Shown: positions 36,044 through 46,282, counted from the first letter of the stretch. The stretch: DNA of 64,000 nt from an uncultured Thermotogae bacterium (GCA_964614065.1 CAZTJJ010000002.1:6878-70877); one strand, 5' to 3'. Numbers and translations are program-made. Notes: generated from the sequence alone by a model not told the origin.

Positions 36044-36991
36044 TCAGTCAGACTTCTTGACCACAAAGAAACTCCTATAAAGGGCCGAAATTCCACCTGG
36101 GTAGAATATCATAACTGCAATCAACACTACACCATAGATTATTAATCTCAATTCCATAAGCGGTTGGAGGTAGGTAAGCACCGGTATAAAAATCATTGCA
36201 GCGATTAACGAGCCCCAGACACTTCCTCTGCCTCCGACGTAAGCCAAGGCCATAATCTCGATTGTTTGACTTGTTTCCATAACGCTAGGGGTGAGTATTC
36301 CCATAAAATGGGCATAAAAACCACCAATTAATCCCGCTATGGCTGTAGACACAGTAAAGTTCAAAACTCTATAGTGTACCGGATTGACTCCGGATGCTTT
36401 TGCAGCGTCCTCATCTTGACCTATAGCTCGAAAAAACAGACCAACTTTTGAATTTGCGATTGCTAATAGTACGACCAAGCTGAACGCCGCCATCACCAGT
36501 ATTACGTAGAAATAGGGTTGACGATCCATAGTGTCAAAAAACATTGGACTCATTAAACCCAGAGGACCACGGGTCAAACTCGTCCAGTTAGTAATCACTG
36601 ACATCAACGCTAAGCCGGTAAACCACGCCATCACAGCTGCAAAGATACCATGTAACCGCAAAGTCAATAACCCAACAAACAAACCCAGCAAAGCCGAAAT
36701 TAGAAACCCGGCAAAAATTCCCAACCAAGGTGTTACTCCTAATTTCGCCGCAAGCAGGGCCGAGGTATACCCCCCAATTCCCCAAAACGCCGCAAAACCA
36801 AAGTTCACCACGTTAATAAAACCCACCGTAAAATCGAATGCCATAGCCAGAGTGCCAAACATCAACGCAGATATAAGGAGCTGTAATATATATTGATCGG
36901 AGACAAAAAGTGGTACAAAAGCCAACACGATTAGCAATGCCAAGCCAGGATTGGTATAGTTAGATTTGGCAAGCCGTTCTATCAATTGCAT
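36044..36991 (-). CDS. HAAT (branched-chain amino acid type) ABC permease LivM-like
   Basis: GFINVVNFGFAAFWGIGGY, GPLGL, RAIGQDEDAAKASGV, AYVGGRGS. Confidence 0.9.
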   Translation of the reverse strand: MQLIERLAKSNYTNPGLALLIVLAFVPLFVSDQYILQLLISALMFGTLAMAFDFTVGFINVVNFGFAAFWGIGGYTSALLAAKLGVTPWLGIFAGFLISALLGLFVGLLTLRLHGIFAAVMAWFTGLALMSVITNWTSLTRGPLGLMSPMFFDTMDRQPYFYVILVMAAFSLVVLLAIANSKVGLFFRAIGQDEDAAKASGVNPVHYRVLNFTVSTAIAGLIGGFYAHFMGILTPSVMETSQTIEIMALAYVGGRGSVWGSLIAAMIFIPVLTYLQPLMELRLIIYGVVLIAVMIFYPGGISALYRSFFVVKKSD

Positions 36992-36998
36992 TAGTTAC

Positions 36999-37904
36999 TT
37001 ACCTCTCCCATATGCCTTTAACATCGGATCCAAATAGCCCTCTCGGCTTGAACAAAAGAATCAGTATTATCAGAGCCAGACTGAAAAGTCTCTGCCACCC
37101 CGACCCAAAACCATACGCCGCAAACGTCTCTATTAAACTTATTATCAAAGCCCCAACAGGTACAGCAGCGATATTGCCCAAACCGACCAAGATCACCACA
37201 AACCACGAGGAAAACAAAGGCATTAAACCCATGGTCGGATAAGCCGGATTGAGCGATAATAACGAGGCTCCTGCAACACTCGCCAGCATGGCAGAAAGCG
37301 CAAAAGTTAAAGTATGAATAGTATCCAAGTTAATACCAACTACCTTGGCCCCCACCTCGTTCTGAGCAACGGCTCTAATTGCCTTGCCCATCGTGGTCTT
37401 CTGCAAAAATAACCAAAAAATGATCACTACGATAATCGCAATCGCTACCCCAACCAGCCTGTCAATGGAGACCGAAATTCCTGTAATTCTTAAACTACCC
37501 TGCCAGTAGCTGTCGATACCCCTGTATTTAGTACCAGCAATTACTTGTATAAGATTCTTCAACAGCAGCGAAAGGCCTACAGTTACTAAAAAAGTGTTCA
37601 TTATCCATATCTTACGTCTTTCTGATCTCTTCCGGAGGGGATAGAAGACGCTTTTCTCTATTATCGCGCCAATTACAAAACCACCAATTCCCGCAAATAG
37701 TATAGCTACCAAAGGAGGTAAACTTAGCCCACTAAAAGTGAACACCGCTATATATGCCCCAATCATATACAGTTCTCCATGAGCAAAATTTGGAACGTTC
37801 ATAACACCAAAGATAAGAGACAATCCGGTTGCCGACAGAGTATATAGACCAGCTCTAACTATCGCAGCAACCAATAAGCTTGCCAGCGTAGGACCTGAAA
37901 TCAT
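36999..37904 (-). CDS. HAAT ABC permease LivH-like
   Basis: GLSLIFGVMNVPNFAHGE, RAVAQN..AKVVGI, LVGLG. Confidence 0.9.
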   Translation of the reverse strand: MISGPTLASLLVAAIVRAGLYTLSATGLSLIFGVMNVPNFAHGELYMIGAYIAVFTFSGLSLPPLVAILFAGIGGFVIGAIIEKSVFYPLRKRSERRKIWIMNTFLVTVGLSLLLKNLIQVIAGTKYRGIDSYWQGSLRITGISVSIDRLVGVAIAIIVVIIFWLFLQKTTMGKAIRAVAQNEVGAKVVGINLDTIHTLTFALSAMLASVAGASLLSLNPAYPTMGLMPLFSSWFVVILVGLGNIAAVPVGALIISLIETFAAYGFGSGWQRLFSLALIILILLFKPRGLFGSDVKGIWER

Positions 37905-37914
37905 CGTTTACCCT

Positions 37915-38628
37915 CTATAACCAGTCTTTAATAACTTCTTTTACGTCAGCAAATTCCTCTCGAGAACCTTGTGTTTTGTTTTTCCCCAATTCTACCGCGT
38001 AAATGTAGTCCGATATCTCAATTGCCTTTCGGATATTCTGATCGACCAATAGTATAGTAATCCCGTCGTCGGTTAACCTGGTTAACATATCATACATGCT
38101 CTGAGCTAGATTTGGTGCTAGACCAGCAGTCGGTTCGTCCACCAAAAGCATCTCTGGAGCACTCATCAGTGCTCGCCCCAGGTCGACCATCCTTTGCTGG
38201 CCGCCAGAAAGGTTACCAACGGATGTATTTTGTTTTTCTTCAAGAATAGGAAATCTCTCAAAATTATCACTAATCCGCTGGTTGATAATTTCTTTATCTC
38301 GTCTGATCGTCCAGGCTCCCAGTTGGAGGTTTTCTTTCACTGTCATCCGTTGAAATAGGGTAAGCTGCTGAGGCAAGTAAACTATTCCTCTCGTAATTGC
38401 CTTAAACGGTTTTATTCCCGTTATGGAGTTATCTTTATACTTGATGTCTCCGGAGTTTGGATCAAGGAAACCGCTGATTGATTTAAGCAACGTCGACTTA
38501 CCGACACCATTCGGCCCCAAGACCGCCGTAATCTGCTGTTTCTCAGCTTCCAGGCTTAATCCCTGTAATATATTAATATCCTCGTAATACCCGACGTACA
38601 GGTTCTCTACTTTCAGCAAATTAATCAC
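37915..38628 (-). CDS. HAAT ABC ATPase LivF-like
   Basis: GPNGVGKST, LSGGQQRM, DEPTAGLAP, LLVDQN. Confidence 0.9.
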   Translation of the reverse strand: MINLLKVENLYVGYYEDINILQGLSLEAEKQQITAVLGPNGVGKSTLLKSISGFLDPNSGDIKYKDNSITGIKPFKAITRGIVYLPQQLTLFQRMTVKENLQLGAWTIRRDKEIINQRISDNFERFPILEEKQNTSVGNLSGGQQRMVDLGRALMSAPEMLLVDEPTAGLAPNLAQSMYDMLTRLTDDGITILLVDQNIRKAIEISDYIYAVELGKNKTQGSREEFADVKEVIKDWL

Positions 38629-39337
38629 CTAGATAAGCTTCCAGAACGGCCTCTTCCTCCCTTACGATTTCGGGAGGTCCTTCAGTTAACTTTTTTCCCT
38701 GGGCAAAGACTATTACTCGCTCGCTTAACTTAAAGATGGATTCCATATCGTGGCTTATGATTAAAAAGGACTTCCCTGCCCGGTATAGCTCGTTAATGTG
38801 AGAATGTAAGTCAGAACGCAATTCCGGATGAACACCAGCAAACGGTTCATCCAACACAATGATATTAGGGTCAAGCATCATAACCCTACCCAGCTCCAGC
38901 AATTTCTTCTGTCCACCTGACAAATTCACCGATAACTCCTCTTCCAAGTGTCTAATCAAGAGAAAATCCATTATCTCCTGCGCCTTCTTTTTCACTTCCT
39001 CCCGATTACTGCGTTTTGTAGCAAGAGCTGGGACCAGCAAATTCTCAGTTACCGTAAGTTGTTCAAAACCTCTGGTGATTTGGAAGGTCCTGCCCATGCC
39101 TAATGCTGCGATTTTATAGGACGGGAGACCCATTATCTCCTGATCGCCGAGCTTTATGGAACCGGTATCAGCGGGCAACAATCCCGTAATGACGTTGACA
39201 AAGGTCGTTTTACCTGCACCGTTTGGTCCAATCAATCCCGCTAGTTGTCCTTCTTCTATAACGACGTCAACTCCATCTAATGCCTTTACTCCACCAAAAT
39301 ATTTCTTCAAACCACTGACAACTAGATTAATTAGCAT
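38621..39337 (-). CDS. HAAT ABC ATPase LivG-like
   Basis: FGGVKALDGV, GPNGAGKTT, GRTFQ, LSGGQKKLLE, DEPFAG, VLEAYLG; start at the ATG after GGGAGGG. Confidence 0.9.
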   Translation of the reverse strand: MLINLVVSGLKKYFGGVKALDGVDVVIEEGQLAGLIGPNGAGKTTFVNVITGLLPADTGSIKLGDQEIMGLPSYKIAALGMGRTFQITRGFEQLTVTENLLVPALATKRSNREEVKKKAQEIMDFLLIRHLEEELSVNLSGGQKKLLELGRVMMLDPNIIVLDEPFAGVHPELRSDLHSHINELYRAGKSFLIISHDMESIFKLSERVIVFAQGKKLTEGPPEIVREEEAVLEAYLGD

Positions 39338-39395
39338 CCCTCCCATAAAGACAATGGGAGGCCCGGTGAAGCCCCCCATTATTCAGCGTTCCTGA

Positions 39396-40670
39396 TTATT
39401 TCAAATACGGAGGAATCTCAAATTTTCCTTCCGCCCACGCCTGGGGCCATATAACGGTTCCTTCTCCCTCATGATATTGAATGACCGGGTAAATGTAGAA
39501 ATTCTTGCCGACCACAGGATCTGGAGAAGATTCTGGTGTATACTTGTACTCCTTCATAAGAATACCGTCAGTGTAAGTTAAATCACCTGTCCTAACCAAA
39601 TAGTGATTTACTTTTTGAATGGTCTCCGAGTTTATCTCTCCGTAAAGTTGATAGGTCTTTCTCAATATTTTGATAAGGTAATTCGCTCCATCGAATGCCA
39701 AACCAGAAGAAGACGCACTGGGTTTGACGTTCCATTCCTCCTCGAACCTTTCCTTAAATGCCTTGGCCTCCTTACTTGCAAACTGAGGTATTTCATCCAG
39801 CACGTAGTCGGAAGCATCTCCAGCCAGGTCATACCATTCGCCCATCCAGCCAAGTCCATCAGCTATGATAATACCCTTTAAACCTACCTCTCTAGCCTGC
39901 TTGACCAACGCGGCAAACGAAGAAGGCACTGTAGACGTCCCGGCAACTACTGATACTTTCTTTTCCTTCCATTTGGTTAAGAGTGGATAGAACTTCGTTT
40001 GCTTCATTTCAAAGTAATCTTTTGAAAGTACGTTCCATCCGGCTTCTTCGAACTGCTGGGCTATCGCTCCACCAAAGCTTCTACCCCAATCCGTATTCTC
40101 TCCATAGATTGCCACGTTCATGGTGGGTGCTTCCCACACACCATCTTCAACTGCTTCGGTAAGCGTAGTCACGTAAGCAACAGACAACTTCCTGGGTGTA
40201 GGCCAGAACTTACCGCTATCGTAATATTGGTACTTCTCGGGATTCTCGTGATACTTATCCAGAATCACTTGAGTCGCAGCTCCACCAAAGAAATGTGGGA
40301 TTTCATACTTTGCCGCCATATCCATCAGCGCTACGGAGACCGAACTGTGCCAGTTAAAGGTCGTGACATCTACGCCTTTTCTGGTTACTGCCTGCATATA
40401 GTTACGCGTTGCTTTTTCGGGAACAGATTCAGTATCTACTTTTACGAGTTTTACGTCGTAGCTCCCTATTTTATTGTTGATGTCATCAAAGGCCATGTTA
40501 TAAGATCGCCATATTTCGCTCCCCACGCGGGCATTCGGCCCAGTAAAAGGGCCAGTAACGCCTACAACCACTTCTTCTCCAACCACACCTAAACTGGAAA
40601 AACCGACAAAAAGTAAAGACAACATAAAGAACACTATTAAACTTTTGGTTGTCGAATTAACTGTTATCAA
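39396..40670 (-). CDS. HAAT ABC substrate-binding protein (LivK/LivJ-like fold)
   Basis: Signal peptide, VGVTGPFTGPNA..G, VKVDTES.PE, ENTDWGRS; TTG start after GAGGTG (ORF track starts 40685). Confidence 0.85.
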   Translation of the reverse strand: MITVNSTTKSLIVFFMLSLLFVGFSSLGVVGEEVVVGVTGPFTGPNARVGSEIWRSYNMAFDDINNKIGSYDVKLVKVDTESVPEKATRNYMQAVTRKGVDVTTFNWHSSVSVALMDMAAKYEIPHFFGGAATQVILDKYHENPEKYQYYDSGKFWPTPRKLSVAYVTTLTEAVEDGVWEAPTMNVAIYGENTDWGRSFGGAIAQQFEEAGWNVLSKDYFEMKQTKFYPLLTKWKEKKVSVVAGTSTVPSSFAALVKQAREVGLKGIIIADGLGWMGEWYDLAGDASDYVLDEIPQFASKEAKAFKERFEEEWNVKPSASSSGLAFDGANYLIKILRKTYQLYGEINSETIQKVNHYLVRTGDLTYTDGILMKEYKYTPESSPDPVVGKNFYIYPVIQYHEGEGTVIWPQAWAEGKFEIPPYLK

Positions 40671-41089
40671 TGAATCCACCTCCATTAGGTGACGATTTAG
40701 TCTACAAATCGACTGCTTATTTTTAAAAAGAAAAAAATACCAACTCCCTCCTGGAGTACCACCTCCTTCTTCAACAATTAGTACGAAACCAATATATTGC
40801 CTTCATAAAAAGATTATACATCAATAATTAAATCCTTCAAATAAATTTTAAGACTACTGTACTTCCAGCCCAAAAAGTAGACATAGAGGGAGAAAAAAGC
40901 TAGAAAGAAGCAAAACACTTAGGTACACGTTTTATCGAGGTTTTAGCTAGAGGAACTACAAATTCTCGCCAGCAGGGTTGAGTAACTGCCATTGTAGGTT
41001 AAACTTTCCCTGACCTAGGTTGCGCGATTCTTACACGTTTATCGAAAAATATAGGTTAGCAAATTACACTGGACGCCAAGGAGGTTCTA

Positions 41090-43012
41090 TTGCGATACGG
41101 AATTGGAGTTGATTCCGGGGACACATTTACTGACGCCGTTTTGTTCGACATAAAAGAAGACAAAGTAATCATTACTACTAAGGTACTTACTACCCACGAA
41201 GATTTATCCAATGGGATATTTGAAGCGATAGACCAAATTACTGCTCAGATCGATACCTCAGATGTCGCGCAGGTCGCAGTTTCATCAACATTGGCCACTA
41301 ATGCAATTGTAGAGGGTAGAGGCGGACATGTCGGCCTGTTTATTCTGGGATGGGAACCCGATAAAAGTCAGGAATTTCCAAAATCCAAGCGGATTTACCT
41401 GAACGGAAAATTTAATCCAAGGGGTAAAGAACTGGAGCCCTTAGACGAAAGCAAGGTGAAAACCAATGTCGCGCAGTACAAATCCCAGGTCGAAGGCTTT
41501 GCAATTGCTGGCTACTTTAGCGTTCGCAACCCCCGACACGAAAACAGGGTAAAAGAAATAATTCAAAAACAAACAGATAAACCCACAATATCCAGTCACG
41601 AGCTTTCTCCAAAACTTGGCTTATACGAACGTGCAGTGACCGCCGTCTTAAATGTAAAAGTAATTCCAATTATCACTTCTTTTCTGGAAAGCGCAAAGTC
41701 AGCGCTAGAACGGAGAGGAATTTCAGCTCCGTTAATGGTCGTAAAAAGCGACGGTTCACTTGGAGGAGAACGAGAAATAAAACAAAAACCAATAGAAACC
41801 ATCTTTTCTGGGCCAGCCGCCAGCGCCATAGGTGCAAGATGGTTATCCGGTAAAGACACTGGTGTAGTTATAGACATCGGTGGAACCACAATTGACATCG
41901 CTACCCTTAAAAGCGGGCTCCCAAACCTATCAACAGAAGGGGCTCGAGTTGGCAAATGGCAAACCAAGGTCAAATCCATGGATCTCCGAACTGCCGGTCT
42001 GGGAGGCGACAGCGAAATTCAAATCGATAAAGAAGGCAACATCAAAATTGGTCCTACCACGGCTAAACCCCTTGCATTCTGCAACTTGTCCAACAACGAA
42101 TTGGAAAAAATGCACATTCACGATAACCCAGCATTTTTAAAACGTCGCAACTTACAGACAAGTATGAAAAACAGAAGCAGCACATTATCCGGGGCTCCAA
42201 GTAGACTTCTCCAATTGGTAAGAAAAGAACCAATCAACGAGGCACAATTATTGGAAACTGCCAGGGAACAGAAGTTGTTACGAGGTCCGACCTATCTTAG
42301 AGAACTGGAAAGCTTAGGGTTGTTACAGAGAATAGCACTGACCCCAACGGACTTACTTCACATCCTCGGCGAATATCTAGCCGGAAACACCAAAGCTCCG
42401 CGCCAGGGTGCGGAGGTTTTGGCAAGCATGAAGGAGAAAAACCCAGTCAAATTCGCACAAAAAGTAAAAGACGAATTCGAGCGTGAAATTGCCCTGGAGG
42501 TTGTAAAAAAATACGTCCTCGAGGAGAACCCTTCAATCACTTTTGAGGATAATTCGCTCTGGAGTTTCTACCGGAAGAACAAAAGCCCGGACCTTGACGT
42601 GAATTTTACTTTAAACATCCCATTAATCGGTATCGGGGCACCAGCAGCTGCTTTCTTACCGCAGGTGGCCGATCGCCTGGGCACAGAGTTCGTTCAAGTT
42701 GAAAATTATAGCGTGGGCAACGCTATAGGAGCGATCACCAGCCAGATAGTAAGGCGAATTAAGATATTAGTTATAGAAAGTCCGGAAACTGAGGAGTTTT
42801 TCCTCTTTTTACCCGACAGACGTGTAGTCCTTAGCGTTGAAGATGAGGATAAAGCGATGACCGAATCAGAAAAGCTCGCCAAAAAAGAAGCGGAACGACT
42901 AGCTCGTGAAGCAGGCGGTGTAAACATTTCATTTTCAGTTAATAGAAACGAGTTTAAATATGGCAGGGGAAAAATAGAGGTAGTTGCTATTGGAAATCCT
43001 GCGGCATCATAA
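41090..43012 (+). CDS. Hydantoinase/oxoprolinase A-family ASKHA ATPase, single chain
   Basis: GVDSGDTFTDAV, ERAVTAVLN, VKSDGS, SGPAASAIGA, IDIGGTTIDIA, GLGGDS, TPTDLLH, VGNAIGA. Confidence 0.85.
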   Translation: MRYGIGVDSGDTFTDAVLFDIKEDKVIITTKVLTTHEDLSNGIFEAIDQITAQIDTSDVAQVAVSSTLATNAIVEGRGGHVGLFILGWEPDKSQEFPKSKRIYLNGKFNPRGKELEPLDESKVKTNVAQYKSQVEGFAIAGYFSVRNPRHENRVKEIIQKQTDKPTISSHELSPKLGLYERAVTAVLNVKVIPIITSFLESAKSALERRGISAPLMVVKSDGSLGGEREIKQKPIETIFSGPAASAIGARWLSGKDTGVVIDIGGTTIDIATLKSGLPNLSTEGARVGKWQTKVKSMDLRTAGLGGDSEIQIDKEGNIKIGPTTAKPLAFCNLSNNELEKMHIHDNPAFLKRRNLQTSMKNRSSTLSGAPSRLLQLVRKEPINEAQLLETAREQKLLRGPTYLRELESLGLLQRIALTPTDLLHILGEYLAGNTKAPRQGAEVLASMKEKNPVKFAQKVKDEFEREIALEVVKKYVLEENPSITFEDNSLWSFYRKNKSPDLDVNFTLNIPLIGIGAPAAAFLPQVADRLGTEFVQVENYSVGNAIGAITSQIVRRIKILVIESPETEEFFLFLPDRRVVLSVEDEDKAMTESEKLAKKEAERLAREAGGVNISFSVNRNEFKYGRGKIEVVAIGNPAAS

Positions 43013-43081
43013 TTCCCCGCAGCTGGAAGTCACCCCAGTTGTAGTTGTGACTGGTAACTGCTCAAGCTAAAATTTGGAACG

Positions 43082-44026
43082 ATGTTAAACTTGAGAGCCA
43101 ACAAACATTATTTTAGTATGCTGCCATTGTTTATCCTACTAGCGCTATTAGGAACAGGGCAAGCTTTATATCACATAAGTATAACTATAAATGGAGAAAT
43201 TTACGGGACCCCCCGTGGGGAGATAAAGCAAGCCACACCAGAAAACTGGGGACTGCCTTATGAAAACGTCACGTTCCCAACGGAAGAAGACCTGATGTTA
43301 CAAGGTTGGTATATCGACAACAACGAGACAAAAAGAACAATCGTGCTTACTCCGGGTAGAGGAACAAACAAATGGGATATCTTGGAAGAAGGTCCAGTAG
43401 ATCACCTCTTTAAAAATGGCTTCGACATTTTGCTCTTTGATCCACGGTCGACTGGACAGAGCGACGGGACTAAATACGGCTTTGGCTATTACGAAAGCCA
43501 AGACATAATAAATGCAGCCAAGTTCCTGCTTGAAGAAAAAGGTGCGTCAACTGTAGGAGTTTGGGGCGGATCCGCAGGCGCGTCAGCGGCAATTATGGCC
43601 GCCTTAGAATCCAACAAAATAGACGCAATCGTCGCTGATAGTCCTTACGCTAACCTACAAATGGCCGCTTCAAGCTACCGTAAATTTGAAGAGGATGCGG
43701 GCCTCCAGATATTTTTCCCTCTATACATGGGTATAGCAAGACTGGCACTGGATTTCGATCTGGGGGCAGAGACCAATTTAACTGCGAGGGTACCAAATTT
43801 AACCACACCTCTGTTTCTCATTCACGGACTCGCGGACAAAGCACTCGATCCATTAAACTCACAAATGCTCTACGAAAAAACCGGAGGGCCACGGAGATTG
43901 TGGCTTGCAGAAGGAGCTTGGCACGTGGGTACCTTCGAAGTATACCCGGAAGAATACAGAAAACGCGTCACCTGCTTTTTTAACAATTACATGCCCAAAA
44001 AAACGGCCGGGATGATCGTTGAATGA
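43082..44026 (+). CDS. Alpha/beta hydrolase with N-terminal membrane anchor
   Basis: LQGWY, FDPRSTGQSDG, nucleophile elbow GGSAG, LIHGLADK, GAWHVG. Confidence 0.85.
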   Translation: MLNLRANKHYFSMLPLFILLALLGTGQALYHISITINGEIYGTPRGEIKQATPENWGLPYENVTFPTEEDLMLQGWYIDNNETKRTIVLTPGRGTNKWDILEEGPVDHLFKNGFDILLFDPRSTGQSDGTKYGFGYYESQDIINAAKFLLEEKGASTVGVWGGSAGASAAIMAALESNKIDAIVADSPYANLQMAASSYRKFEEDAGLQIFFPLYMGIARLALDFDLGAETNLTARVPNLTTPLFLIHGLADKALDPLNSQMLYEKTGGPRRLWLAEGAWHVGTFEVYPEEYRKRVTCFFNNYMPKKTAGMIVE

Positions 44027-45111
44027 AGATCAGTAAACTCAAGGTCGCTGGTTTCAGAAATTTAACAGAGTCAGAGATAAAACCAAATGAGCACCTAAAC
44101 ATACTCTTTGGTCCTAATGGTTCGGGTAAAACCAACTTATGTGAATCGATACATTTCGTTTCCACGGGCAATAACCTAAAAGGTAACCGCCAGCAAGAAC
44201 TAATCAACTGGGATTCGGACGATGCACTGATCAAAGTAAACCTGTCAACCGACGATCAAATAATAGTATACCTAAAGCGGGGAGAACAGAAGCAAGTACG
44301 GTACAACTCGAATCCAAAGACCCAATCAAAACTTCGAAAACTTTTTGCAACTTACACTTTCATCCCAGAAGACCTATACCTGTCAAAAGGATCTCCCCAG
44401 CGTCGGAGGACAATGATTAACGATCAACTGACTCTACTCGACGGAGACTACAAACAGACACTCACAAAATATAACGACGAATTAAAGAAAAAAAACAACT
44501 TGCTGAAAAAAGACGAGATTAACATCGAGTTTCTCACGGTTCTAAATACTCGACTCTCTGAACTTGGAGCTGAGATTATCGTAAGTCGAATGCGCTATCT
44601 AAAACGGTTAAACAACACATTACCAAAAACGTATCAGGAATTCTCCTCTACCGATCATAAACTCACGTTGAATTACTCTGACCAGAGGTATTCTAACAAG
44701 ACTTGTGAAGAAATTAAGGCAATGTTAGGAGAAGAGTTGGAAGAAAAATACGAAAAGGAAAGAGAAATTGAAACAACTATTGTCGGTCCTCACAGAGATA
44801 AATTCCTGTTTAATTTACAGGGAAGAAACCTTCGTAAATACGGCTCACAGGGAGAGCAACGTACCGCTGTAATATCCACATACTTTTCCAACATTCAACT
44901 CTATAAAGAGAACGAGGGAGAGTGGCCAATCCTAATTTTCGACGATATTCTGAGCGAACTAGATACCAACAGGGGCAATGCTTTGTTAAACAATATACCA
45001 ACAGAACCTCAAAGATTTATGACAACCGCAACTAGAAATCCCGCGTTCAAAAAGCTATCGGGAGAGTTTTCAGTATTCCAGCTAACCGGGGGGACAATCA
45101 AAGAAAAATGA
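44023..45111 (+). CDS. recF: DNA replication and repair protein RecF
   Basis: GPNGSGKTNL, PEDL..KGSP..RR, VGPHRD, YGSQGEQR, FDDILSELD. Confidence 0.93.
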   Translation: MKISKLKVAGFRNLTESEIKPNEHLNILFGPNGSGKTNLCESIHFVSTGNNLKGNRQQELINWDSDDALIKVNLSTDDQIIVYLKRGEQKQVRYNSNPKTQSKLRKLFATYTFIPEDLYLSKGSPQRRRTMINDQLTLLDGDYKQTLTKYNDELKKKNNLLKKDEINIEFLTVLNTRLSELGAEIIVSRMRYLKRLNNTLPKTYQEFSSTDHKLTLNYSDQRYSNKTCEEIKAMLGEELEEKYEKEREIETTIVGPHRDKFLFNLQGRNLRKYGSQGEQRTAVISTYFSNIQLYKENEGEWPILIFDDILSELDTNRGNALLNNIPTEPQRFMTTATRNPAFKKLSGEFSVFQLTGGTIKEK

Positions 45112-45644
45112 ACGCAAACCACGAGCTCCTTTACATGATTTTTAAGAAAAACAACCTATTGTCAGAATATAGAACCCAGGAGCCAATCTTTGTCTGGACC
45201 AACGTTTCCGGGGAGCTAGGAAAAATAGCCCGGCCAAAGAAAGTACAGGGTAAGACGTTGATAATTGACGTTCCCTCGGCAGCGGCCAAGGAAGAACTGT
45301 CATATCTCGAAGAGGATCTGCTGGACAAACTGAATGATGAACTGAGGACATCAACCGTAACCAGTTTAAAATTCCAGATCGGGGAATTCCCATCAAGAAC
45401 CCGGAACAACACAGCTAAATACTCGGTTGAAGACGTTACCGTATCAACAGAAGAGCTCCAGGAAATATCCAATGCGGTATCCGATAGAGGTTTAAGTCAA
45501 CAAGCACAAGATAGCTTAAAATCGCTGCTGATAACCCAGTTGAAAAGTCGGAAAGTTAGAATACAAGATGGCTGGAAAGAATGTCCAAATTGTGGCGGAA
45601 TATACGACGGCATCCGATGTCCTTATTGCGGAATCAAGAAGTGA
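45108..45644 (+). CDS. DUF721/DciA family protein with C-terminal zinc ribbon
   Basis: W..VSGELGKIARPKKVQGKTLIIDVPSAA..EELSY.E..LL.KLN; CPNC..CPYC; directly after recF. Confidence 0.8.
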   Translation: MNANHELLYMIFKKNNLLSEYRTQEPIFVWTNVSGELGKIARPKKVQGKTLIIDVPSAAAKEELSYLEEDLLDKLNDELRTSTVTSLKFQIGEFPSRTRNNTAKYSVEDVTVSTEELQEISNAVSDRGLSQQAQDSLKSLLITQLKSRKVRIQDGWKECPNCGGIYDGIRCPYCGIKK

Positions 45645-45687
45645 TGAAGTTGATACTGCAATATGGAGTCGGTACACTTCTACAACT

Positions 45688-46263
45688 ATGACCAACAACC
45701 AGACGGCGCATAATCAAAACACAGCAATAAATTCTACTACCATTGTTGGTATTAGATCCCCAGAAAGAAAACAGGCTATTGTCGCTTCCGATGGTCAAGC
45801 AACTATGGAAGATACGGTAATTAAGAACAATACGAACAAGGTTAGAAAACTTTACCAGGGAGAAGTACTGGTTGGATTTGCCGGTTCAACTGCTGACGCT
45901 CTCACCCTTTTTGACAAATTTGAAGGGCAACTTGAGCAGTATAGCGGGAACTTAGAACGTGCCGCAGTGGAATTGACGAAGGAGTGGCGAACGGACAAAG
46001 TATTACGAAAACTAGAGGCATTGATGATCGTGGTCAATAAGGACTCATTGCTGTTGATATCCGGCGGAGGAGACGTCCTCAGACCCGACCAAAACGTAAT
46101 CGGGATTGGTTCTGGTGGCTCCTATGCGCTGGCGGCGGCGCGGGCACTGATGGAAAACTCTGACTTATCGCCCAAAGAAATCGCTCAAAAAGCAATACAA
46201 CTTACAGCATCTATCGATATTTACACCAACGACCAGATTTCTTTAGAGGCTATTGAATGGTAA
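45688..46263 (+). CDS. hslV: ATP-dependent protease peptidase subunit HslV
   Basis: TTIVGI, ASDGQAT, GFAGSTADA, WRTDKVLRKLEA, GIGSGGSYALAAARAL, IDIYTN. Confidence 0.95.
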   Translation: MTNNQTAHNQNTAINSTTIVGIRSPERKQAIVASDGQATMEDTVIKNNTNKVRKLYQGEVLVGFAGSTADALTLFDKFEGQLEQYSGNLERAAVELTKEWRTDKVLRKLEALMIVVNKDSLLLISGGGDVLRPDQNVIGIGSGGSYALAAARALMENSDLSPKEIAQKAIQLTASIDIYTNDQISLEAIEW

Positions 46264-46282
46264 TAAAAGGGGATGCACTTGT

